Source: Planctomycetales bacterium (GTDB lineage Bacteria > 4484-113 > JAFGCY01). From it: a stretch of 32,000 bases of DNA. The notes below the pieces were generated by a model. The model did no database searches, was not told the DNA's origin, and saw only the letters and a program-made list of their open reading frames with translations. A program made the position numbers and the translations under genes. Location: positions 2,850,001-2,882,000 of the forward strand of contig CP060262.1 in assembly GCA_022646745.1 (NCBI GenBank), written 5' to 3'. Positions 1 through 9,631 of the stretch are shown here, one piece after another (position 1 is the first letter of the stretch; each line of letters begins with the position of its first letter).

Positions 1-774
1 ATCCATGGCTTCAACAATTCAGCCGCCAAGGCCAGCGTCAAGTTCCATACTGCTGAGATGTCATTACGCTCCTGCGGCTTCGAGGGAGAAATAGTGGGCT
101 ACAGCTGGGATGCCGACACCCAGAAGGACCCCTTCGGCACCACCGGCTACCACGAGGGCCGGCGAAATGCTGTTGCCAATGGGGCACGGCTCGCGAGCTT
201 CGTGGCGGACTGTCGGGAACGCCTGCCCGGGACCCGCATCCACCTCGTTGGCTACTCAATGGGCGCCCGGCTGGCGCTTGAAGCACTTGTGGCGATGGAG
301 GATGGAGAGCAGTTCCCGCAGGCGGCCCTGCAGGTGGACAGCGTACACCTGGTCGGTGCCGCCGTTGACAATGAGGAGGTCGAGCTGCGGGAGCGCTACG
401 GCAGGGCCATAGAACGGCACTGCGGTTTCCTTGTCAACTACTACAGCGCGGAGGACAATGCGCTGGGCATGTTCTTTCCGCTTAAGGAAGCTGACCGTGC
501 ACTCGGTGAATCTGACATCGAGCATCCAGCCGATGCCCCGGCCAACTACCGCTCGATAGACGTATCGGATGAGCTGCTGGAGTATGATGCGAGCGGGCAG
601 GTTAAGGAAGAGCGTGGTGACAACCATTCCGGCTGCCTTGGCAACATCAGTGAGGAGGGGGAGCTGCTTGACGATGGCATCATGGATGTGATCGTCAGGC
701 AGATCCGCCAGCTTGCGAATCGGTCCCAGGATTCAACTGGCCCGGAGATTGACCAGCCGGGCGGACAGGTGTAG
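1..774 (+). CDS. alpha/beta hydrolase, DUF900-like (5' end cut by window edge)
   Basis: Frame 1 is open from base 1 (IHGFNNSAAKASVKF precedes the first Met at 58). GxSxG nucleophile elbow in HLVGYSMGARLALEAL. Stop TAG at 772-774. Confidence 0.6.
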   Translation: MHGFNNSAAKASVKFHTAEMSLRSCGFEGEIVGYSWDADTQKDPFGTTGYHEGRRNAVANGARLASFVADCRERLPGTRIHLVGYSMGARLALEALVAMEDGEQFPQAALQVDSVHLVGAAVDNEEVELRERYGRAIERHCGFLVNYYSAEDNALGMFFPLKEADRALGESDIEHPADAPANYRSIDVSDELLEYDASGQVKEERGDNHSGCLGNISEEGELLDDGIMDVIVRQIRQLANRSQDSTGPEIDQPGGQV

Positions 775-783
775 CGTAAGCAC

Positions 784-2274
784 ATGGCAAACCTGGACAG
801 CACCGGACGCAGGGGGCACTGGCTGGCAATCGCCGCCGGTCCGCTGCTCGCCCTGCTGCTGGTCCTGTTCGCCGACCTGCAGCCTGGGCAGCCCGCCGTG
901 ACGCGCATGGCTGCTGTGGCCCTGTGGATGGCGATCTGGTGGATCAGTGAAGCGGTACCGCTGGCGGTGACCGCCCTGCTGCCAGTGGCAGTCTTCCCGC
1001 TCCTGTCTATCATGTCCGGCAAGCAGGTTGCAACCCAGTACTTCAACAACGTGATCTTCCTGTTCATCGGCGGTTTCATCATTGCGCTGGCGATGCAGCG
1101 CTGGAACCTGCACAGGCGCATCGCACTTGGGATCATCGGGCTCGTCGGCCAGAGCCCGGCAAGGCTGCTGCTAGGCTTCATGCTGGCAACGGCCTTCCTG
1201 TCCATGTGGATCAGCAACACCGCGACCACTATGATGATGGTGCCGATCGCGATGGCAGTTATCCTGCGCATCGATGAAGGCAGGCAGGTGGCCAGCGGCC
1301 GCAGCTTCCCGACCGGCCTGCTGCTGGGAATAGCGTATGCCGCCAGCATCGGTGGCATTTCCACGTTGGTGGGTACGCCGCCCAACCTTAGCTTCTTGCG
1401 GATCCACGCCATCAGCTTTCCCGATGCACCTGAGATTTCCTTTACCCAGTGGCTGCTGTTCGCGGCCCCGATGTGCATCGTGCTGCTGGCAGCGGTCTGG
1501 CTGTTCCTCTTCAGGTTATACGGTCAAAGGCAGCAGGCGATCGATGCTGGGGTATTCGAAGCTGAGCGCAGGCAGCTGGGGCAGGTCAGCCGGGAGGAGT
1601 GGGGCGTGCTTTCCGTCTTCGTCGGCACTGCTCTTTTGTGGCTGACCCGCTCGGATATCACCGTCGGTACGTTGCAGTTGCGGGGCTGGGCAAGCCCGCT
1701 GGGCCTGGATGGCATGGTGGATGATGGCACCGTCGCCATCCTGATGGCGCTGCTGCTGTTCATCATTCCGTCAAAGCGGTCGGATAATGGCAGGTTGATG
1801 GGCTGGGAGGATACACTGCAGCTGCCCTGGGGCATCGTGCTGCTGTTCGGCGGTGGCTTCGCATTGGCCAGCGGTTTCAAGGAGAGCGGCCTGTCCGAAT
1901 GGTGCGGTGGCCAGCTTTCGGCACTGTCCGGTGTGCATCCGGTGGTGATGGTGCTGGCAATCTGCCTGCTGATCACCTTCCTGACGGAACTGACCAGCAA
2001 TACCGCAACCACGGAAATGATCCTGCCTGTGCTCGCTGCCACGGCAGTTGCCATCAATGTGGACCCACTGCTGCTGATGGTGCCGGCCACGATCAGCGCA
2101 TCCTGTGCATTCATGCTGCCCGTGGCAACACCACCCAATGCGATCATCTTCGGCAGCGGCCGCATCAGCATGGCGGAGATGGCACGGGCCGGACTGCTTA
2201 TCAACCTGTTTGCGGCCCTGCTGGTAACGGCTTCCGTGTTCCTGCTGGGCAGCCTGCTTGGGATTGGCACTTAG
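784..2274 (+). CDS. DASS/SLC13 family sodium-coupled anion (di/tricarboxylate or sulfate) symporter
   Basis: 496-aa polytopic membrane protein with the duplicated hairpin motifs typical of DASS carriers (STLVGTPPNL and MLPVATPPNAIIF). ATG lies 9 nt after the upstream stop. Confidence 0.8.
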   Translation: MANLDSTGRRGHWLAIAAGPLLALLLVLFADLQPGQPAVTRMAAVALWMAIWWISEAVPLAVTALLPVAVFPLLSIMSGKQVATQYFNNVIFLFIGGFIIALAMQRWNLHRRIALGIIGLVGQSPARLLLGFMLATAFLSMWISNTATTMMMVPIAMAVILRIDEGRQVASGRSFPTGLLLGIAYAASIGGISTLVGTPPNLSFLRIHAISFPDAPEISFTQWLLFAAPMCIVLLAAVWLFLFRLYGQRQQAIDAGVFEAERRQLGQVSREEWGVLSVFVGTALLWLTRSDITVGTLQLRGWASPLGLDGMVDDGTVAILMALLLFIIPSKRSDNGRLMGWEDTLQLPWGIVLLFGGGFALASGFKESGLSEWCGGQLSALSGVHPVVMVLAICLLITFLTELTSNTATTEMILPVLAATAVAINVDPLLLMVPATISASCAFMLPVATPPNAIIFGSGRISMAEMARAGLLINLFAALLVTASVFLLGSLLGIGT

Positions 2275-2336
2275 CTCGCCGAAAGACCAGACTTTCCCGA
2301 CAAAGGTATTCAGGCCTGGGGCTAGACTCCCCTCGC

Positions 2337-2795
2337 ATGCATCTGCACAAATACAGCAAGCGCACCCGCCTGGCCTGCTCGGCTGAGCAGCTGTATGACT
2401 GGCATTCCCGGCCGGAGGCCTTCATTGAACTGCAGCCGCCATGGGAGAGGGTGGAGCAGCTTGGCAGCCCGGAACCGCTGCATGAAGGACAGCTCGTGCG
2501 CATCCGCATCCGTGTCGGGCCGTTGGCCCTGCGCTGGGACAGCCTGATCAGCGAACTGTCCCGTCCGGCTGGATTCACGGATGTACAGAAACACGGCCCG
2601 TTCTTATTCTGGCGCCATCGCCACAGCTTCGTTGACAATAAAACCGGGGGCTGTACCCTGCATGACCAGATCGAGTACCGACTGCCACTGGGATGGCTTG
2701 GCGAGTTTGTTGCAGGGCGAATGGTACGCCAGCGCCTGGATCGGATGTTCAGCTACCGACATGCGTTGATGCTTGACAGGTTCGGCAGCGAATGA
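2337..2795 (+). CDS. SRPBCC (START/cyclase-dehydrase-like) family protein
   Basis: 152-aa product from the internal ATG at 2337 of the 1899-2795 ORF (MHLHKYSKRTRLACSAEQLYDWHSRPEAF...WRHRHSF...). The upstream part of that ORF overlaps the DASS gene. Size and motif pattern resemble COG4276-type SRPBCC proteins. Confidence 0.55.
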   Translation: MHLHKYSKRTRLACSAEQLYDWHSRPEAFIELQPPWERVEQLGSPEPLHEGQLVRIRIRVGPLALRWDSLISELSRPAGFTDVQKHGPFLFWRHRHSFVDNKTGGCTLHDQIEYRLPLGWLGEFVAGRMVRQRLDRMFSYRHALMLDRFGSE

Positions 2796-2892
2796 AATTC
2801 TGATCTCAGTCAGGTTGACGATTAATCTCAATTACAGCGCCCAGTGCTAAATTCTGGTTAAGTAACCGCAGGCTGCATGGACAAACAATAGT

Positions 2893-5800
2893 ATGTTTCT
2901 GCCGGTTCGCAATAAAGCGCCGGCATTTGGGAAACACTGGACTCAGGAGTCTTCCATTCCTGAATATCTTGTCGTGCTGCTGGAATTCCTGGCCTGCATA
3001 ACTTTCTTGCTGGGCCTGTTTCTTCTGCGCGCAAGGATCAGCGACATTCCACTCTATGTCACCGTCTCCCTGACCACTGCAGCAATGTGGCTCAGCTCCG
3101 TGAGGGGTGGTGTGGTCCACATCGGCGACCTTTCCATCTACTACTCATCAGCCGTGTTCTTCAGTGCCCTGCTGGTGATCCTGATGGTTGCCTATGTGCA
3201 GGAGGGGCCTGGAGCCGGACGGATGATGCTGAGCATGATCCTCGGAAGCTCCGTACTTGTCAACGGCTTCATAGCAATGGGGATCTCCTACCTGCCGGGC
3301 CCGATGGCGGAGCAGCTAGCAGCGACCTACGACGTTTCCCTTGTGAACCTGCTGGGCAGCATCTTCGTGCTGTTCATCGACTTCTCAATCCTGACAATCA
3401 CCTATGGCCTGCTGCAGCGTTCCGGCAGCGGATCCCCGCTGTACCTGCGGATCCTCGCCGTGCTTGGGCTGGTGCAGGTGCTGGATGGCAGCCTGTTCCT
3501 GCTGATCGCGGACTTCGGCGAACCGGACCTGCTGATGATGCTGATCGGTATGGCAGCAAGCAGGCTGCTGCTGACGCTCGTAAGCTCCCCGTTCGTTTAC
3601 GTGTCACTGCAGCTGGACCGCAGGATCAGCGGACGTCACGAGGAAGGCCAGCTCCCGTTGTTCGGTCTGTTCAGCCTGGAGGACATCAAGTACAGCCGGC
3701 TAGGTAAGGAACTGAAGCTCCAGGCTGACCAGCTGCGCGAGAACGAGATGCAGTTCCGCGACCTGATCGAGAGCCTGCACGGTGTGACCTGGGAACTGGA
3801 TCTTGCCAGCCTGCAGTTCACTTACATGGGTCCACAGATTGAGAAGATGACGGGATTTGCCCCGGAACTGTGGACGGGCTTCGATTTCTGGAAGGAGCGC
3901 ATCCATCCGGATGACAGGGAACGTGCCGCTGAATTCTGCAGGCAGCAGACCAGCATGGGTCGCGACCACATCTTTGACTACCGCATTCTTCGGGCTGATG
4001 GAGCAGTAATCTGGATCAAGGACAATGTAGTCGTAGTCATGAAGGACGGCAAGGCTGTCAAGCTGAGGGGCATCCTGCTGGACATCACGGAGCAGAAGGC
4101 CGCCCAGCAGAAGCTGGTGCAAAGCGAGCAGCGTTACAGGACCATCGTGGAATTCGCCGTCGAGGCACTTGTGATCCTGGACACGGAAACCTTCAGGTTC
4201 GCGCACGCCAACCACAAGGCAGAGCAACTGTTCCGCCTGAACCGGGACAAGTTGATGCAGGTGGGCCCGCTTGAACTTAGTCCGGAGTTCCAGCCGGATG
4301 GCCGGCCATCACTTGAGAAGGGCAGGGAGTATGTGATTGCCGCGATGCACGGCAGTCCGCAGGAATTTGAGTGGATCCACCTTGACAGCACCGGAAGGGA
4401 AATCACCTGTGAGGTCCGCCTGGTCCAGATCCCCGGCCAGGACAAGCCCCTGTTGCGGGGCAGCCTGCTCGACATCACGGAGCGCAAGGCGGCGGAAAAG
4501 GAGCTTGCTGAAAGCCGGTACCGCGAGCAGGAACTGGCATTCCGCTTCAGGCTGGCCGCTGACAGTGCACGCCTCGGCATCTGGGACTTCGACCTGCTGG
4601 CCAATCGGCTGATCTGGGACCAGAGAATGCACGAGCTTTACCAGGTGCCCCCCGATAAGTTTGAAGGCAGTTTTGAAGCATGGGCGGACTGCCTGCATCC
4701 GGACGACCTTGAGGCATCCAAGATCAAGGTGGACCAGGCCCTGATGACGGATGACAATGCGGAGATGAGCTTCAGGATCGTACTGCCTGACCAGTCCATC
4801 CGCTACATCTACTCGATTGCAAGGATCCTGCGTGACGCAACCGGCCGTCCCTACCGCATGATCGGACTGAACCGTGACGTGACCGAGGAGCAACTGGCCG
4901 AGGCTGAACTCCGCAGGGCCAGGGAGATGCAGTTCAAGGCGGGAGAGATTGCCAACGTGGGTGGCTGGGAACTGGACCTCATTACGCAGAGCCTCGTCTG
5001 GAGTCCACAGACCAAGCGGATCCATGAAGTGACTGATGAATTCGAGCCCAGGCTGGAAAGTGCCATCAACTTCTATGCCCCGGAACACCGTCAGTTGATC
5101 AGCGATGCAGTCCAGCATGGCATTGAGACCGGGGAACCCTGGGACCTGGAGCTGGACCTGATCACTGCCAAGGGCAGGCGGATCCGTGTCCGCGCCGTTG
5201 GCCAGACCGATTACGTGGATGGCAAGCCGGTGCGCCTGTGGGGCGCGTTCCAGGACATCACAGAACGAGTCAGCGCGGAGCAGGAACGCCTGCACCTGCA
5301 GCAGCAGGTGCTGCATGCGCAGAAGCTCGAGAGCCTTGGTGTGCTGTCTGGTGGAATCGCGCACGACTTCAACAACCTGCTGACTTCCATCCTTGGTAAC
5401 GCGGAACTTGCAGTGGATGAGGTGGGCGACAATCCAGGGGCACGCGAGAGCATCGAGGAGATCCAGCTGGCCGCCCAGCGAGCGGCTTCACTTTCCCGCC
5501 AGATGCTCGCGTACTCCGGCAAGGGCCGATTCGTGATCGAGCAGGTCAACATCAATGAGTTCATTGAGGAAATGGCGAACCTGCTTGAGGTGTCAATCAA
5601 CAAGAAGGCCGTCATGGAGTACCAGCTCAGCGCGGAGATTCCACTGGTGATGGCGGATCCGACCCAGATCCGGCAGGTGATCATGAACCTGATCACAAAC
5701 GCATCGGAAGCTCTGGAGAACCGCAGTGGATTCATCCAGCTGCGAACCGGTACCCTCGATATCACATCCTCAGCGGAACTGCTGGAGGAGGCCGGGAGCT

Positions 5801-6513
5801 CACTGCACGGAGTGGACGGTGTCACTCCCGGCTGCTATGCCTTCTTCGAGGTCAGGGACAGTGGATGCGGGATGGATGATGAGACGGTTGCCAGGATATT
5901 CGACCCCTTCTTCACCACGAAGTTCACAGGGCGTGGCCTGGGACTGGCCGCCGTGCTGGGAATCGTCAGGGGGCACAGTGGTGCGATCCACATCCGCACC
6001 GCACCTGGGGAAGGGACGGCTATCAGGGTGCTGTTGCCGGAATGCCGCAGCAGCAGGGTTGGGCAGAATGACAGCAGGATCACGGCGAACGGTTCATGGG
6101 TCGGAAGCGGGCTTGTGCTGCTTGCCGATGATGATGAACTTGTACTGACAGTTGGCAAGCGCATGCTTGGCAACTTCGGCTTCGAAGTGGTCACTGCCAC
6201 CGACGGCCTGCTGGCGCTGGAGGAGTTTCGCCGGCGAAGTGATGACTTCGTGCTGGCGATGCTTGACCTGACCATGCCAAACCTGGGTGGGGACGAGGCC
6301 CTGCGGGAGCTGCGCAAGATCAGGCCCGACCTGAAGATCCTGCTGTGCAGCGGCTATGACGAGATGGAGGTCAGCCATGAGGTCAGCAACCAGCCGGGTG
6401 TCAGCTTCGTGCAGAAGCCATACCTTGCCAACGACCTGCGAAATGCGATCAGGCAGCTGCTGGAGAGTGGCAGGCAGGAAGCGCTGGTCCGGGGAACAGC
6501 CACTGAGGAGTAG
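2893..6513 (+). CDS. hybrid sensor histidine kinase: N-terminal multi-TM domain, four PAS/PAC modules, HisKA, HATPase_c, C-terminal receiver
   Basis: About 260 aa of hydrophobic helices, then four repeats each ending in a DIT/DVT-E motif (DITEQKAAQ, DITERKAAE, DVTEEQLAE, DITERVSAE). H-box GGIAHDFNNLL, G-boxes DSGCGMD and GRGLGLAAV, and receiver motifs LLADDD...MLDLTMPNLGG...KILLCSGY. Confidence 0.9.
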   Translation: MFLPVRNKAPAFGKHWTQESSIPEYLVVLLEFLACITFLLGLFLLRARISDIPLYVTVSLTTAAMWLSSVRGGVVHIGDLSIYYSSAVFFSALLVILMVAYVQEGPGAGRMMLSMILGSSVLVNGFIAMGISYLPGPMAEQLAATYDVSLVNLLGSIFVLFIDFSILTITYGLLQRSGSGSPLYLRILAVLGLVQVLDGSLFLLIADFGEPDLLMMLIGMAASRLLLTLVSSPFVYVSLQLDRRISGRHEEGQLPLFGLFSLEDIKYSRLGKELKLQADQLRENEMQFRDLIESLHGVTWELDLASLQFTYMGPQIEKMTGFAPELWTGFDFWKERIHPDDRERAAEFCRQQTSMGRDHIFDYRILRADGAVIWIKDNVVVVMKDGKAVKLRGILLDITEQKAAQQKLVQSEQRYRTIVEFAVEALVILDTETFRFAHANHKAEQLFRLNRDKLMQVGPLELSPEFQPDGRPSLEKGREYVIAAMHGSPQEFEWIHLDSTGREITCEVRLVQIPGQDKPLLRGSLLDITERKAAEKELAESRYREQELAFRFRLAADSARLGIWDFDLLANRLIWDQRMHELYQVPPDKFEGSFEAWADCLHPDDLEASKIKVDQALMTDDNAEMSFRIVLPDQSIRYIYSIARILRDATGRPYRMIGLNRDVTEEQLAEAELRRAREMQFKAGEIANVGGWELDLITQSLVWSPQTKRIHEVTDEFEPRLESAINFYAPEHRQLISDAVQHGIETGEPWDLELDLITAKGRRIRVRAVGQTDYVDGKPVRLWGAFQDITERVSAEQERLHLQQQVLHAQKLESLGVLSGGIAHDFNNLLTSILGNAELAVDEVGDNPGARESIEEIQLAAQRAASLSRQMLAYSGKGRFVIEQVNINEFIEEMANLLEVSINKKAVMEYQLSAEIPLVMADPTQIRQVIMNLITNASEALENRSGFIQLRTGTLDITSSAELLEEAGSSLHGVDGVTPGCYAFFEVRDSGCGMDDETVARIFDPFFTTKFTGRGLGLAAVLGIVRGHSGAIHIRTAPGEGTAIRVLLPECRSSRVGQNDSRITANGSWVGSGLVLLADDDELVLTVGKRMLGNFGFEVVTATDGLLALEEFRRRSDDFVLAMLDLTMPNLGGDEALRELRKIRPDLKILLCSGYDEMEVSHEVSNQPGVSFVQKPYLANDLRNAIRQLLESGRQEALVRGTATEE

Positions 6514-6535
6514 CCGGCACTGCTAAACTTGGCAT

Positions 6536-7417
6536 ATGAGCAGAACAGGTTGCCAGGTCGTCGTGCTGGGAATTGCCCAGGATGCCGGATTCCCCAGCCC
6601 GGGTTGCCAGCGTGAATGCTGCCGGAATGCCTGGCTGGACGGGCGGCCCACCCATTACCCGGCCAGCCTCGCGATAGAGGATGGCGCTGGAATGCGCTGG
6701 CTGATTGACTGCACACCGTCCTTCCCGCAGCAGCTTGCATTGCTGGACAAGGTCCTGCCGAGGGTAGCGGGCCAGCAGGCGCTGGAGGGAATCTTCCTGA
6801 GCCATGCGCATATCGGCCACTACACCGGTCTGATGTACCTGGGCAGGGAAGCCATCGGCAGCCGTGCCCTGCCGGTGCATGTGATGCCCCGAATGGCCCA
6901 TTTCCTGCGCGCCAACGGCCCCTGGAGCCAGCTGGTGGAAATTGGCAACATAGAATTGGTTGAGATATCCGCTGGCAGCCGGATTGAACTGGCAGATGGG
7001 CTGTGGATTGAACCGATGCCGGTGCTGCACCGGGCTGAGTACAGCGAAACAGTGGCGTACCGTGTCTGCACAAAGCAATCCAGCCTGCTGTTCCTGCCTG
7101 ACATTGACCGCTGGGAAGGCCTGGAACCTTCGCTTGAGGAACTCGTCAGGCAAAATGACTACCTGTTACTGGATGCCACATTCTATTCAGATGATGAACT
7201 ACCGGGCCGTGACATGGCCGAAATTCCTCATCCTACCGTGCTGGACAGCTTGGAACGCCTGTCGGCTCTACCGAAAAAACTGCGTGCCAGGGTGAATTTC
7301 TTCCACTTCAACCATACCAATCCACTGCTGGATCCGGACAGTGATCCTTCCCGGAAGGTACTTGGGCAGGGCTATGGCCGCGTTGCTGAAGGCAGTGTCT
7401 TCAATCTGCCGGCATAA
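6536..7417 (+). CDS. PqqB-like MBL-fold metallo-hydrolase family protein
   Basis: Collinear with remembered PqqB motifs: VLGIAQDAGFPSPGC, LSHAHIGHYTGLMYLGREA, LLLDATFYSDDEL, FHFNHTNPLL. Starts 22 nt after the kinase stop. Confidence 0.7.
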   Translation: MSRTGCQVVVLGIAQDAGFPSPGCQRECCRNAWLDGRPTHYPASLAIEDGAGMRWLIDCTPSFPQQLALLDKVLPRVAGQQALEGIFLSHAHIGHYTGLMYLGREAIGSRALPVHVMPRMAHFLRANGPWSQLVEIGNIELVEISAGSRIELADGLWIEPMPVLHRAEYSETVAYRVCTKQSSLLFLPDIDRWEGLEPSLEELVRQNDYLLLDATFYSDDELPGRDMAEIPHPTVLDSLERLSALPKKLRARVNFFHFNHTNPLLDPDSDPSRKVLGQGYGRVAEGSVFNLPA

Positions 7418-7500
7418 CTGCGAACAGATTATCAATAAACCCAGTCTACTGGTTTCAGTTGGTAAGATTAAGCAAGTGCTGCTGAAGGTAGGTACTAGAC

Positions 7501-8130
7501 ATGAACACCGTAAGCGCCCTGGTGGCAACTGCAGCCGTGGCTGCTGCCGCAATAACCGGAGCAAGCATCTGGCTTAGCGGCATTAGGGTCTCAGAGTCAG
7601 ACAACTGGGTTCCGGTTCCGGCCGTCACCCAGGAAGAAGCCCTGGAATTCAAGAAAAGGAAGCGAGAGATGGCACGCAGTTCTGAGGAATGGAAGGATAA
7701 GGTCAAGGACAAGCTCAGTGCCAACGAGATGAATGTCTGCTTTGGTGCAGGTACTGAGCCGCCTTTCACAGGCAAGTACTGGGACCACCACGAGAAGGGG
7801 CACTACGAGTGCACCGTCTGCGGGCAGAACCTGTTCAGCTCTGACACCAAGTACGACAGTGGCAGTGGCTGGCCTTCCTTCTACGATGTGGTAGAAAAGA
7901 GCAACCTCAAGCTGGAGGAGGACCTTTCCCTTGGCATGCGCCGGGTAGAAGTGCTCTGCAGCAACTGCGGTTCACATCTGGGACATGTGTTTGACGATGG
8001 TCCGGAGCCGACCGGCCTGCGTTATTGCATCAACTCAGCTTCGCTCCAGTTTATTGCCGATGATGGCAGCTCTGAGGCTGAAGCCGGACAGGCAGGAGCA
8101 GGTGATCGGGATGCAGGTGAGGAGCATTAG
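7501..8130 (+). CDS. msrB: peptide-methionine (R)-S-oxide reductase MsrB with N-terminal hydrophobic anchor
   Basis: SelR domain: GTEPPFTGKYW, two Zn CxxC pairs (CTVCGQ, CSNCGS), GHVFDDGP, and catalytic Cys in RYCINSASL. The N-terminus MNTVSALVATAAVAAAAITGASIWL is a TM or signal-anchor-like segment. Confidence 0.9.
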   Translation: MNTVSALVATAAVAAAAITGASIWLSGIRVSESDNWVPVPAVTQEEALEFKKRKREMARSSEEWKDKVKDKLSANEMNVCFGAGTEPPFTGKYWDHHEKGHYECTVCGQNLFSSDTKYDSGSGWPSFYDVVEKSNLKLEEDLSLGMRRVEVLCSNCGSHLGHVFDDGPEPTGLRYCINSASLQFIADDGSSEAEAGQAGAGDRDAGEEH

Positions 8131-8192
8131 CATCCTGGCATGTTCCTGAGGGCCAGGCACATTACGGAAGACCATTCAGCCGGAGATCACGC

Positions 8193-9089
8193 ATGATAAT
8201 CCAGATGCTTCTGACAGGGGTCGTCATCCCTGGCATCGTTGCCCTGGCTCTGGCACTCTTCTTCTGGCCGGCAAGGAAACCGGGAAGGAAGCCGGGCCGC
8301 CTGCCACACTGGATGGGTGGGGTTGTCCTGGCCGTGACTTTCCTGACCGGCTGGATCCTGACCCGGGGCTGGCCTGATTGGCCAGTTCGTGAGTCCGCTG
8401 CATGGCTGCCATGGCTGGCCGTCGGCGGGGCGGTGCTCGGATGGCTGGTTGCTCACCAGCGCCTGCCCGGTCCAACAGTAGCCATGCTACGGATGCTGGT
8501 TAGTGTTGTCACCATCTGGGCCACTACCCAGAGCCTGCAGACCCATACCTGGCAGAAGGCAGCCTGGCTGTGGATAATCGGTCTTGCGCTAGTGCTGTTT
8601 GCCGCGTGGTCAATCTGGGAGTCCGTGCTTGCAAAGCGGCAGGGAGTGCTGCCTCCGCTCCTGCTGACCGGTTTCTTCAGTTGCCTGGCAATCATGGCGT
8701 TGCTGGGCAGGACCGCAACGGTCAGCCAGACAACTGGCATCCTCTGCGCCGGATTGGGTGCCTTTTTTGTGGTGTCATTGGTCAGGCGTGACCTGGATCT
8801 TTCCCAGTCCACACTCTTCGTTGCCATGCCGCTCCTTGCTGGCCTGGTTGTTAACGCCCACTTCTACGCCTACATGGATGTGCTGCAGACCATGCTGCTG
8901 ATGGCATGCTGCCTGGCGGTGCTGCTGGCGGTACGGTTCACGCCAGAGGAGCCGCAGTTTGCCGGACTGCTGCTGGCCCTGCTGATCACCGTCCTGCCGG
9001 CGCTAGGCGGAATCGCCTGGGACCTGCTCAACAGCAATGTCCAGACCAGTTCCTCGGAAGAGGAAGATCCCTACGCAGAGTACTTCTAG
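8193..9089 (+). CDS. hypothetical polytopic membrane protein (about 8 TM)
   Basis: 298-aa ORF that is almost entirely hydrophobic helices, with an acidic C-terminal tail (SSSEEEDPYAEYF). GGAG lies 8 nt upstream of the ATG. No recognisable family motif. Confidence 0.6.
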   Translation: MIIQMLLTGVVIPGIVALALALFFWPARKPGRKPGRLPHWMGGVVLAVTFLTGWILTRGWPDWPVRESAAWLPWLAVGGAVLGWLVAHQRLPGPTVAMLRMLVSVVTIWATTQSLQTHTWQKAAWLWIIGLALVLFAAWSIWESVLAKRQGVLPPLLLTGFFSCLAIMALLGRTATVSQTTGILCAGLGAFFVVSLVRRDLDLSQSTLFVAMPLLAGLVVNAHFYAYMDVLQTMLLMACCLAVLLAVRFTPEEPQFAGLLLALLITVLPALGGIAWDLLNSNVQTSSSEEEDPYAEYF

Positions 9090-9103
9090 CCTGACGCAGC
9101 GTT

Positions 9104-9631
9104 TCAGAGGCTGGCAATCAGGTGTTCCCGGCAGGACCGCGGACCTGTACGATGCATCAGCAGCAGCGCGGGCCGCAACCGGCCCCTGCGGCTGAGCCTG
9201 ACTGGCAGGATATGGAAGCGGCGCAGGCCGAGCCGCAGTTCCAGCCTGGCAATCTCCACCCGGCTGACGGCAATTCCCTTGGACTGGCAGAATTGCAGGA
9301 AGGCGAGGGCGTCGCGCTCGTGGCGCATGTGGCCTTCAGGCCAGTACCGGTCAGCGTAATCCTCGAAGATGGCCCGGCAGAATCCGGGGTTGCCAAAACT
9401 GCTCTCCGGCAGCAGTTCCAGTACAGCGCGCCAGCGTTTGGCAACAAGGGTCCCGCGCTGGGCAAGCAGGTCCTCCGCGGGAATCGCCAGCAGGGCAGAC
9501 CGGGCTGCCGGATCCGCAGCGTTGTCATCCAGCCATCCTGCCCGGTCGGAGATGAAGCTGCCAAGCCTGCCGCCGTCTGACAGCAGCCGCGCCAGCAGCA
9601 CCTGCTCAGTTGCCAGTTCAGGCTGCCGCAT
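9104..9631 (-). CDS. hypothetical protein; candidate MNIO partner subunit (MbnC/TglI/DUF2063-like by position)
   Basis: 175-aa ORF whose ATG (9629-9631) lies 14 nt inside the 3' end of the DUF692 gene. It is soluble and helical-looking, and ARLELRL loosely recalls the DUF2063 C-terminal region. The partner role is inferred from position only. Confidence 0.55.
   Translation of the reverse strand: MRQPELATEQVLLARLLSDGGRLGSFISDRAGWLDDNAADPAARSALLAIPAEDLLAQRGTLVAKRWRAVLELLPESSFGNPGFCRAIFEDYADRYWPEGHMRHERDALAFLQFCQSKGIAVSRVEIARLELRLGLRRFHILPVRLSRRGRLRPALLLMHRTGPRSCREHLIASL

Noticed and set aside
7418-7500. Imperfect hairpin AACCCAG-TCTA-CTGGTTT after the PqqB-like gene, considered as a terminator.
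   Set aside because: The stem has a mismatch, is only 7 bp long and is not followed by a T-tract. That is too weak to call.
9104-9631. An R-x5-H string (RYWPEGH) in the partner ORF that could suggest a HEPN domain pairing with the upstream NTase as an MNT-HEPN toxin-antitoxin.
   Set aside because: The two genes are separated by two other genes. The motif lacks the usual R-[NQ]-xxx-H context, and a single short string is not evidence for a HEPN fold.
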